Assembly (NCBI GenBank): GCA_964187785.1
Contig: OZ076415.1
Span: 24,056,001 to 24,120,000 of the forward strand
Length of the DNA: 64,000 nucleotides
Reading direction: 5' to 3'
From: Amphiscolops sp. MND2022
Lineage: Eukaryota
Position numbers and translations under genes: made by a program. The notes under the pieces are model-generated. The model was given only the letters and a program-made list of their open reading frames with translations, was not told the DNA's origin and ran no database searches. Positions 48,359-57,960 of the stretch are shown one piece after another (the stretch's first letter is position 1; each line of letters starts with the position of its first letter).

Positions 48359-49823
48359 GGGGTCAGGGACATTTCGTCACCAGCCATTTGGGCGACAATA
48401 TGGCGTCGGTCACATGGTCGACCAAATGGGTTGATCAAATTGATCAATTAACTGATGTATTTTAAGAGGTTAGCATATTTGTTGTAAGGCTCGGTCGCTT
48501 CGCTCCCTTCGCCAAGTAGCAACATTGAGGCATGGCCATATGGCACGTCGCTCCGCTTCGCTCCTGCATTCAGGGCACTAGGGGTATGTGAACATAGCTG
48601 ACGACGTAATATTAAAAATCCGACAAACTAATCAGGGACCACACTTATAAAATAGGGACAACACTTAGTAAAGAGAAATCGCTTGGGATCACACTTAGTC
48701 AGGAGTACCGTAGAACTCTTTGCTTGTGGGTCATTCTAGGATTTTATCGATGCTTGTTTAACATTCATCTCCATAGTGCGATTTTTTTGTCCCAAATACA
48801 TGCAGTCTAGTCATCATATTCAACTAAATATCTTGACAAGATTACATGAAGAGCTTTCGCCCGGGTGGCTGTAAATAGGTCGAATTTTTCTGGTCGAAAG
48901 GACAGATGTCGAACCTTTTGATCGAATTGCAGGGATCGAAAGGAATGCGGTCGAATTTTAACGTATTTGTTGTATGGCTCGGTCGCTTCGCTCCCTTCGC
49001 CAAGTAGCAACATTGAGGCATGGCCATATGGCACGTCGCTCCGCTTTGCTTCACTCCTGCATTCAGGGCACTAGGGGTATGTGAACATATCTGACTTCGT
49101 TATAAAAATTTCGATCCGAGTTGTTTCGATCCCATTCAAAAAATTTGGTATGTCGACCTGAGGACTAACTCTGATTTTCGATCCCGTTCCTTCGACCTAC
49201 TTCCGCCCACCCCTTTCGCCCCGCCAGTGTGGACCCGGAGCGTTTGTTTTCATTATGCACGTACTCTAAAAAGTATTTGCAATGCCGACTTACAGCGGAC
49301 AACCACAGTCGTAATGTTTTTATCACTAAAAACGAACCGTTTTTACATTTGTGCTGAATTTGTGAATTTAAAATTGCGAATAAAACTTGTTTTAATGCGA
49401 AATACGTTACCAAAACGAAGAACTATTTTAAAATTAGGCCTTAGTTAGATTAGAACAAGTGAAATTACCAGTGACGAACAGATTACACCAAAAGCGAAAT
49501 TGGACAACACCTGGAGAAATTTGAAATACGAAATGACGATGGAAGGGGAACAGCAATGAGCCAATCACCAAAGGCTTCGGCTCATCTATTCTATTCTATT
49601 CTAACATCATATTAAGTTATGCGAAACTGTGCAAAAACATAAATAGACCCCCCGAAAAAATATGGGATCAATACCAAAATTGATTATTGGTATTGACCCA
49701 ATACCAATACCTGACTTAGGGGTATGTGAACATATTTGACGGGACATTTGGGCGACATTATTGTCGCCGAAATGGCAGAAATTTTTGTCGCCCAAATGGC
49801 TGGTGACGAAATGTCCCTGCCCC
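48359..49823. mobile_element. Non-autonomous TIR element (~40-bp TIRs GGGG(T)CAGGGACATTTCGTCACCAGCCATTTGGGCGACAA), 8-bp TSD
   Basis: TSD CTTGCTAA at 48351-48358 and 49824-49831, splitting a hairpin+CTAG element. An internal ~115-bp direct repeat lies at ~48485-48600 and ~48970-49090. Confidence 0.88.
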
Positions 49824-50189
49824 CTTGCTAAGCGAGGTCGAACAGGAGCAAGGACCTAGCGGGAACGGAGATCGCGAAGCGATCTTACTGGGAGCTGGTA
49901 TTTGCGACGGTGAGGGCGAGCGTGCATACACCGGATATGCCCCACATTTCAGTTTTTAGATCCTATACCTTCAGGTCTTAGGGGGCGGAGCTTCCAGGAT
50001 CTTGGGTGAAGGGTGTCCAGTTCATACAATTCAATGATCCAGTTTAGAAAAAAATTACAAATTGGACCACCTAGAATTCTACAAACGACCTATTCGTCGA
50101 GAGGACACAGAGGTAAGCAATGCTTCCCACTAGGCCTCTGTAGTCATCTAACATTTGTTGCTCATCCGATCCGTCTTCTGGCATCTGAT

Positions 50190-52057
50190 CAGGGGTTTGC
50201 AATAATTAATTGGTCTTCCAATAATTGCAATAATAATTGCCAATATTATTGATTGGGCACTTTTCCAATAACCAATTAATTGGAAATCGTTTTGCCAATT
50301 ATTGGTTTCATTGGTTTTCAAATTGAAAGCTCTTTTTCAGGTTTGAAATGAGTTCGAACAGAGATTTTAAAACCATATGCAAGAAGTATTTCACACCAAT
50401 GGAAAATGACATTTTCAAATGCAAATGTGGCAAAATTTTGAAGCAAAAAAAAGGTACCGGTTGGTCTAATTTGATGGTGCATATTCGAACACAACACGAA
50501 ACAACTCCATCCGGTCCCCAAAATACTTTGGACTTTATGCAATGTAAGAAGTCTCAAACCATCCATGATTGGATCGAATGGATATGCATGGAGCTTCGAC
50601 CTTTTAGCTTTGTGGAAAGCGAGTATGTGAAGAAAAATGTCAAGCTTGAAGCAATTTCAAAGAATACTTTGCAAAAGTATATGCATCTCCTCACCAAGAA
50701 AGTGGAACAAGAAATCATCAAAGCAATGCCAGAAAAAATTGCTTTGATAGTTGATGGATGGACATCTGGTAGCACCCACTACTTGGGCGTAATGGCATCG
50801 TTCTGCGACATGGATCAAAATGTTGAAGTTCCGTTGTTAGCTTTTTCGCCGCTCATAGATGAGACTTCACAAAGTGCTGCTCAGCAATATGTATTTTTGG
50901 AGATGACACTCAGCCAGTATGGCAAGTCGATGGAAGACAATGTGGTTGCTTTAATCGCTGATAATTGCGAGACCAATAAGGCTCTCGCTGATATCTGCAA
51001 CGTTCCACTAGTTGGATGTCACTCTCACCGTCTGGCACTAGCAGTGAAAGAATACTTGACCAACAAAGACGAACTCATTCAAAAAGTGAACACTTTAATG
51101 GGAAAGTTGAAGGCACCGAAGACTGCCGCAGAGCTGAGAAATTTCACGAATTTAAAACCAGTGCAGTATTGTGTCACGCGATGGTTGAGTGTTATGCAAA
51201 TGCTAAAGCGCTTCACTGAAATAAAGGATACGATAAGAAAAATACCTGCAGTCATTGACTTCTTGCTATCACCTAAAGAAGAACTCGAAATTGAGCAACT
51301 GGTGAAGATTCTGGAACCAATGAAATCAGTCACTATTGCTCTGCAAAGAAGTGATATGGATATGGACTCTGCTCGGACCTTGTTCGACGAGTTATTGAAA
51401 ACTGTCGAGAATTTTGATCGGAACAAGAAATATATCCATAAGAATTGTGCCATTGCCAAAAACAATTCGTTTGAAAACGCTATTGTTAAGCTACAGTCTG
51501 GTGATGAATGTGCTCTCAACGTAAATGAAAATCTAGCGTGCAAAAAATTGAGAAGAACTTCTGATATCGAGTGCGAATTTCCACAGACGGATGACTTCGC
51601 GGGAAACGTTTTGGCGAAAAAGAAGAAAGATACCAAACAGATGAAATACATTCCCTGCTCATTCATTTTGCCGACATCTAATCATTTGGAACGGTTTTTT
51701 AGCGCAGCTGGTTTCGCTTCGAATGACTACCGAAAATCAATTTTGCCGATGAATTTAGAAGAGCAACTGTTCCTTCGATTTAACAAAAAGCACTGGGATT
51801 TGAATTTAGTAAATCAAATTGTGAGTGCCTCTGAGTGAGATATTCATTTGAGTGTGCATGCCGCTGAGTGAGCTGTTTTATAATGCGTCTTTTCGATGAT
51901 TTTTGTAATTTAATCACTCTGAAACAGCTGTTTTTTAAAGTGCCCAATTATTGCACTTATTGCAATAATTTATTGGTCAAGGGTCCAATAATCAATTAAT
52001 TGGTTTTCAGAAGTTTTGGGACCAATAATTATTGCAATTATTTATTGCAAAGCCCTG
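50190..52057 (+). mobile_element. Intact, apparently autonomous hAT DNA transposon (1868 bp)
   Basis: 16-bp TIRs CAGGG(G/C)TTTGCAATAA with 1 mismatch; perfect TSD CATCTGAT (50182-50189, 52058-52065); repeated CCAATAATT subterminal motifs; single ORF. Confidence 0.96.
50348..51838 (+). CDS. hAT-family transposase, 496 aa, intronless
   Basis: BED-like finger (CKCG...NLMVHIRTQH), catalytic D in VDGWTS, D in IADNCETN, CxxH (CHSH), TRW motif, and E in SNHLERFFSAAG. Confidence 0.95.
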   Translation: MSSNRDFKTICKKYFTPMENDIFKCKCGKILKQKKGTGWSNLMVHIRTQHETTPSGPQNTLDFMQCKKSQTIHDWIEWICMELRPFSFVESEYVKKNVKLEAISKNTLQKYMHLLTKKVEQEIIKAMPEKIALIVDGWTSGSTHYLGVMASFCDMDQNVEVPLLAFSPLIDETSQSAAQQYVFLEMTLSQYGKSMEDNVVALIADNCETNKALADICNVPLVGCHSHRLALAVKEYLTNKDELIQKVNTLMGKLKAPKTAAELRNFTNLKPVQYCVTRWLSVMQMLKRFTEIKDTIRKIPAVIDFLLSPKEELEIEQLVKILEPMKSVTIALQRSDMDMDSARTLFDELLKTVENFDRNKKYIHKNCAIAKNNSFENAIVKLQSGDECALNVNENLACKKLRRTSDIECEFPQTDDFAGNVLAKKKKDTKQMKYIPCSFILPTSNHLERFFSAAGFASNDYRKSILPMNLEEQLFLRFNKKHWDLNLVNQIVSASE

Positions 52058-52149
52058 CATCTGATCCTTCGTCAGCTCCAGCTTGTTCGACTGCTCTGCT
52101 TTTGAAGCGGTTGATTTTCACCCAAATTTTTGATGGAAAATAGTAGGAT

Positions 52150-52745
52150 TTATGATGACAAAAGCGTTTGAAATGTGTTTCAAATTTTTTGGAGGTTCAA
52201 CATCGCTCGGGGTTTTTGTTTTCTTGCCTCTTTTTTCCGAGTCATTATGTGAACTGCTTGGAAGTTCTTTTAAAGTGCATGGATACGTTTTGAGCCTTTT
52301 ATTTGTTTTGCAACTTCTTGCCTTACAGTGTCCCTGCAGTTTCCCTGTTTCATTTTAAAGCTTTCATTCATGTATGCGGCATGGAAAACTTCAAGTGGAT
52401 TCGACTAGGGCCACTGTAAATTTAGTTCACTCTTTATTGCCTTTTTGTAAAATTTTGGGTCAGTTGTCGTTTTTGTATCACAAGCCTTGCCTAATGCTAA
52501 TTGAATTGTACAGCTTCCTTTGGGTTCTCCTGCGGCTCAATACAATGTTTTTTTCGAACGTTTTTGTTGGTCATGGGTGAAAGGAATTTGTACCAAGGTT
52601 GCAGTGATATTGCTGGAGTCGCAAACCGCTGCCAAGTGCTTCAAAATTTTACAAAACCTGTTTCTAGGGTTGAGTTCATTCTGGCATTCGAGAACAAAAA
52701 ATTATCGCAGTCCAGATTTCTAATGCACAGCTGATGAAAGTTTTC
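52150..52745 (-). pseudogene. Decayed gypsy gag fragment, inverted homolog of 24190-24790
   Basis: For example GAGTTCATTCTGGCATTCGAGAACAA at ~52672 is the reverse complement of ~24215-24240. Confidence 0.75.
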
Positions 52746-52820
52746 TTGAGATTGGGATAATAAGTTTGGGAAGGGTTATACATTTGTTGGATATCGAAGT
52801 TTGCTTTTAGATAAATAAAA

Positions 52821-54008
52821 ATGCCGGAAGCATCCTTTTCACTCAATAACTTGCTGGATCTTCAAAATAAAATCAAGAGAGACCCTACTGGATATCACGA
52901 TGACTTTGTTCAAGCTCATTTATATTTCAAAACCTGCATTGACTTATTTGAGCTTGAGCCAGCTCAGCCACACAAGCATTTACAACAGCTCATATTGTTC
53001 ATGGCATATATAACACCTTGTTACCGGCAGGAGCTGAGTCAACTTTCGTCTTTATTCCGTGGAATTCTCCTACGTCATAAAAACAATTTACATCCACATC
53101 TTCGATTATCGTTTTGTAAAGCTCTGACTTTCTACAGGAATCGTGATATAGTCACTCCAGTTTTTATTCTCGAAACCTTTTTCGAGCTGTGCTCCTGTCA
53201 GGATAAACAACTGCGTAGTTTCATCAAGAACTTTATGAAGAACGACTTGCGGAAGATAAATGAGAAAAATTACGACAAAAAGTTAAACTCGCAATTACAA
53301 ATTCTTGTTTTTACAAAGCTCAAAGTTTCCAATGTCAGCATAGCAAAAGTAGCATTGATGCTTCTGTGTGATATGTTTAGAAAACGAATATGGACTGATT
53401 CGAAAGTAGTTAATGCTATTTCGAATTGTCTTTTCTCAACTCAACCTGTAATTCTTGTGAAAGCCCTGGCATTTTTCGTAAAGCGAGATGAATCAGGTGA
53501 AATAGAAATTGCCGACAGCGACAGTGAAAAATCCGATGAGGGAGAAAGGAAAAATAAGTACGAGCAACAACTGAAGAGTTTACTGCAAGCTAAGGTCGTC
53601 ACAAAGAAAACAAAACGGAAAGCAAGGAAACTCGATAGAGCTAAAAAGCTGCTCAAGAAAGAACAAAAAGAAGAGAAAATTGTCGATAACCTGTCTGCTC
53701 TTGATCTGATTTATGATGCACAGTCCTTGGGGGAACGCCTTCTGAAATATTTATCTAAGTACAACGGCAAATTACATGTAAAACTCATGATGATGGATTT
53801 AATATCTCGTTTGATTGGCGTTCATAAATTGACCATCCTGAATTTTTTCCCATTTATTCAGAGATACTTGCACGTCAATCAACGCGAGGTTACTAAAGTG
53901 CTCCTGTTTGCAGCTCAAGCTGTCCATGATGAGATTCCAGACGATGTTATTGAGAAGCTTGTTTTATTCATTTGTTACAATTTCATCTCCGATCAGAATG
54001 CTGACGAG
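52821..54008 (+). CDS. SDAD1: SDA1 homolog (60S ribosome biogenesis/export factor), exon 1 (396 codons)
   Basis: NLLDLQNKIKRDPTGYHDDF, LHPHLRLSFCKAL...RNRD, FFELCSCQDKQLR, KRIWTDSKVVNAI, NFFPFIQRYL...QREVTKVL..AAQAVH are typical SDA1 motifs. Donor GAG|GTTTGT. Confidence 0.93.
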
Positions 54009-54237
54009 GTTTGTAAATTATGCTCTCGTCGAAAACTGTTAAACGGTCTGCAATTGTTTAACAGTATGTCGTCAAACGAGTTGCGGTGGCTTAAATATGT
54101 TGGGCAAGCAAGAATCAAATGAAGTACTTTAATTTTTGATTTCAAGGACATTTGTTGTTTCTTATTGAAGTGCGTTTTTGGACTTGGATTCAAATGATAG
54201 CTCTTTCTTTTCATCTTCGAAACTTTGAGTGTTTTAG

Positions 54238-55374
54238 GTGATGGCAGTTGGTTTGAACACAGTCCGTGAAATTATCCACAGACATCCGAAAGCTCTGGCG
54301 TGTAATCCTGATCTTGTTGACGACCTTGTGGAATACAAGAAACATAGAAACCGCGGTGTAGTAACAGCCGCTCGATCCGTCATTCAAACCTTGAAGGAAG
54401 TCAACCCTCAGTTGCTGAAGAGCAAACATCGAGGCAAACCCACTGCACATTTGACGGAAGTCTTACAAGGTACTCAAAGCATAATTCCAGGAGCTGAAGT
54501 TTTGAATACAGAGGAGAACCAGCAATCAGGAGAATCTGCATCTGAGAGTGAAGACGAAGCTGGACCTTCACAAGCGAAACGTCGTAAAACTGATAACAAC
54601 GACTTGCAAGAAATTGAAGAGTTAGATGCGGGAAGCGAAGATAGTGATGAATATGAAGATGTCGACGATGATGAAGAAGAGGTAGATTCCGATGACGAGG
54701 AAGAAAGTAATTCAGAAGATGAAGATCTCTCAATAGGATCTGAATCCAAAACAGAAAATAATGAGGAAGAAAAGCTTACAAATCAAACTCAATCTTCAAC
54801 TGCGGGTACAATAGAAAGCTCTAAAACAAGTAAAGTTGTAACCACTAATGAGTTTCTAGCCTCTCGAATTCTTACTGATGAAGACTTCAAGAAAATCAAA
54901 ATCGAGAACTTGCGCAAAAAGATTGAATCTACAAGTCGGGATCGCAAACGCAAGCTTGCTGCTACGAAATTGAATGACTGGTCGAAGCGAAAGAAGAAAA
55001 AGGTCAAAGAAATAGATCCTAATGACCTTGAGGAGATGCCACAAGAAATCGATTCTGAAGACCTCGAGAATGAATCGAGTGATGGCGAAATCAATAATTT
55101 GCCGAGGTTTGAATCAATTGCGAAAGTAAACATTAGAAAGAGACACGACAAAGAATCCAAAATGGCGACCATGTTAGCCGGCCGAGAAGACAGAGAAAAG
55201 TTTGGGAGACCCAACAAGAGACAGAACCCAATGGCCAGCACTACAAATGCAGAGAAGAGCAAAAAGAAGAACTTCATCATGATGCGACAGAAACGCAAGA
55301 CGCAAAAGACCAAGTCTTTCAAAGAAAGACAGCTGCAATTGAAAAACTCTTTAAAGCGAAGATATCCCAAATAG
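54238..55374 (+). CDS. SDAD1: SDA1 homolog exon 2 (378 aa + stop); total 774 aa, one 229-bp intron (54009-54237)
   Basis: Acceptor GTTTTAG|GTG joins NADE|VMAVGLNTVREI (cf. human NSGEVMTVGINAIKEI). KHRGKPT, an acidic tract, SRILTDEDFKKI, AGREDREKFG and STTNAEKSKKKNFIMMR follow. Confidence 0.93.
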   Translation: MMAVGLNTVREIIHRHPKALACNPDLVDDLVEYKKHRNRGVVTAARSVIQTLKEVNPQLLKSKHRGKPTAHLTEVLQGTQSIIPGAEVLNTEENQQSGESASESEDEAGPSQAKRRKTDNNDLQEIEELDAGSEDSDEYEDVDDDEEEVDSDDEEESNSEDEDLSIGSESKTENNEEEKLTNQTQSSTAGTIESSKTSKVVTTNEFLASRILTDEDFKKIKIENLRKKIESTSRDRKRKLAATKLNDWSKRKKKKVKEIDPNDLEEMPQEIDSEDLENESSDGEINNLPRFESIAKVNIRKRHDKESKMATMLAGREDREKFGRPNKRQNPMASTTNAEKSKKKNFIMMRQKRKTQKTKSFKERQLQLKNSLKRRYPK

Positions 55375-56224
55375 AAGTTGTAATGTTGGTTGGAATTGGA
55401 GTAAATGTATTTATTTTCGGATCGTTCTTGTTTGAGCCATCTCAATACCACACTTAGTTAAGTGGTGCAACTTTGAGTGAGTCTTGAAAATCAAAAACTT
55501 GATGGAGAGTGGAAGAATTCACAGCCCCTTGTTGCTTGGGAAAGAAGGCCTAAAAATGTGTTCTGTTGTAGTTTCTTTGAAGTTCAATACTGTTTCGTTT
55601 TTGTTAAAGTTTTCTTTTTCAGATTACAATGTGATGAATTTTGTGTGTGTTGAAGTGAGTGGAAATTTGTTTGAAGGATGAATTGATTGACAGATGAACA
55701 GTGATTTGAAACCATGATATCGAAATAACGCCCTTGGTGCCATACCCAGTAGCTCTTCTGTGTCATCTTGAACAGAAGCTTCTGTTTTTATCGAAAGACT
55801 TTGCAACCTGAGGTCCTGTTATTTGAAAACTACTGGTAAACAGCGATGTCCAACTTTGCAGCGAAGACGCTTTCAGATTTCTCAACTGATTTTTACGATT
55901 TGTTTGTTCGACGATGCAATTTTTTTTGTCACAGTCAGGAAAGAATTAATTGAGCAAGAAACTTCCAGTGAAACATAGTGAGATCTTTTTTGTCGGTTCT
56001 GAAAAATGGTTCACGGGATCTATTCGAAATTGGAATAATGAAACATTCACGTTTTGACTGTCGATTAGTTTCCGCCTAAAAGTTCCCAAAAAACTGACAA
56101 ATTAGTTGATCAATCAACTTGGTTGGGTACTTGACGTTAAGGTATAGGTGCTTACAGTTAAGTTGGGCATCTCCATTGTTATCATGAAAAGAAGGAAGAT
56201 AATAGTCATAGTTCAGTGAGAATA

Positions 56225-56386
56225 ATGGGTCTGTTGTCGCGACTGTTTCTGGCGTGCAATGCAAACGTGGAAGTGATAGACAAGAGCAGGACGAACATCG
56301 CAGCCATTCCACCTGAGATTATGCGATATGCTAAGACACTGCTTGAGCTCAATCTGGAAGTCAACAACATACCATCTATACCACTG
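56225..56386 (+). CDS. scrib: Scribble/LAP-family LRR protein, coding exon 1 (54 codons)
   Basis: MGLLSRLFLACNANVEVIDKSRTNIAAIPPEIMRYAKTLLELNLEVNNIPSIPL aligns with the SCRIB N-terminus ([44 protein letters not shown]). The donor is inferred as GC (TG|GCTAGT). Exact LAP paralog uncertain. Confidence 0.8.
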
Positions 56387-56704
56387 GCTAGTATCCGAAC
56401 AGTTTCGCCTACTTTCTCCAAATACCTCCTTTTGAATACAGTCAAACATTGATGGTAGAAATTAGTCGATAGAGAGTTTCGAAGCGTTCGACGAGCGTTC
56501 AGTCTCTTTGGGTTTTTGGCACTAAGAGACTTTTTTATCAAAGTTTTGGATTTTTGAAACAATGGCCTTTTTGTAGGTTCCAGTTGAAAAAAAGCTATTT
56601 TCGAGTCTCGAGGGTACCCCCATTGGATAGACTTTGGCACTGTATGATAATTGAAAAGTTTCAAAATAGTTGTTTCTTAATATTTCCAACACTTTGCTCA
56701 TTTT

Positions 56705-56746
56705 GAACCTTGAGCGGGCCCCGACTTGGGCCGTTACCGGCTTGTT
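56705..56746 (-). mobile_element. ACAAG-headed repeat terminus in the scribble intron
   Basis: The reverse complement reads AACAAGCCGGTAACGGCCCAAGTCGGGGCCCGCTCAAGGTTCAA. Confidence 0.6.
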
Positions 56747-57029
56747 ATAAGTGCAAATCTTTAGAATATGCTCGGGGATAATAATTGATAAACCTCATCA
56801 ATCTCAGTCCTGTAAAATACGGAAAGGACATCCTTAAGATTCCAAAAAACGTCGGACAGCGCCGGAAAATCTATGCGGGCTCCCCAGATTCGCAAATCGG
56901 TTTTTCTTACTAAAAGCACCATAAGGGGATCACTCTGATAAAATGGATTCTCGGTTACAGTCACACAGTGCCGATAAAAACCAAAGGGGCTTCTTTGACT
57001 TAGTCTAGCTTTGTGAAAGTTTAAAAAAT

Positions 57030-57135
57030 TTCGTTCTGCGAGGGATTCGAACGTACGTCTGTGGTCCTACTCATCTGTCACTGTCCACCTACGGACACTC
57101 ATATTAACCCCTGGGCAATTAGTGGCGTGACAACG
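57030..57135 (-). mobile_element. tRNA-derived SINE-like head
   Basis: Minus strand: TTGCCCAGGGGTTAA (A-box-like)...CGTTCGAATCCC (B-box) followed by GCAGAACGAAATTTTT. Confidence 0.5.
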
Positions 57136-57339
57136 AATACGTTATTTTCCGCCCATATTTCATATGGGAAAGGAAAATATTTAAATCAAACGGTTTTTTT
57201 TTTACAAAATTTGCCGAGCACGAATTTTGTATTCACCTTAAAGGGCGTTACCCATAGAATTCAACTCACGTAAATTTAGCTTCGTGCGATATGTATTTGT
57301 AGAGATTTTTGAACTTTTTTGGGAATGACGAAAATGACC

Positions 57340-57960
57340 CGAAAATGACAAAAATTCAAAAATTTCCCAATTTTCAAAGTTTTTATGCATCTTTGTCATT
57401 TTTTCGATAGACATCGTGGATAAGTATGTTAAAAACGTTCAAAGAGGCACGAATTCATTGTCCAATTAAAATCTATGAAAAGATAAATGCGGTTTTATGA
57501 ATGAAAATTACCCCAAAATGACAAATTCCAAAACTTTTCAATTTTTAACGTTTTTATGCAATTTTTGTCAAATTTTCGATAGACTTCGTCGATTAGAATG
57601 TTGAAAATGCTCAACATGGCAGGAATTCGTTGTCCAGTATGACAAAAAACCCAAAGTTTACCAAGTTTTTATGCAATTTTTCTCAAATTTTCGACAGACT
57701 TCGTAGATTGGAATGTTGAAAAGAGTCAACAAGGAACGAGTTTGTTGTCCAGTAGTCTTTTATGAAGAGATGATTGCGGATTTCAAGAAAAGTATCTCAA
57801 ATTGGCACCGAAATAGACAAAAAACCAACATTTTCAAACTTTCAAAGTTTTTATGCATTTTTTGTCAAATTTATGACAAACAGAAAAAACCCAAATTTTC
57901 AATGTTTTTATTCAATTTTTGTCAATTTATCGATAGACTTCGTGGACCAGAATGGTAAAA
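57340..57960. repeat. Degenerate tandem minisatellite (~120-180-bp units)
   Basis: AAAGTTTTTATGCA..TTT.GTCAAATTTTCGATAGACTTCGT recurs at ~57375, 57545, 57660 and 57845/57920. Confidence 0.8.

Noticed and set aside
51079-51666. 195-aa antisense ORF within the hAT
   Set aside because: Shadow of the transposase frame with no recognisable features.
54600-54780. Long Asp/Glu tract in SDA1 and antisense ORFs over it
   Set aside because: An acidic region is normal for the SDA1 family; the antisense ORFs are shadows of biased codons.
55624-55806. Small minus-strand ORF between SDA1 and scribble
   Set aside because: Non-ATG start, no domain and no convincing splice pair.
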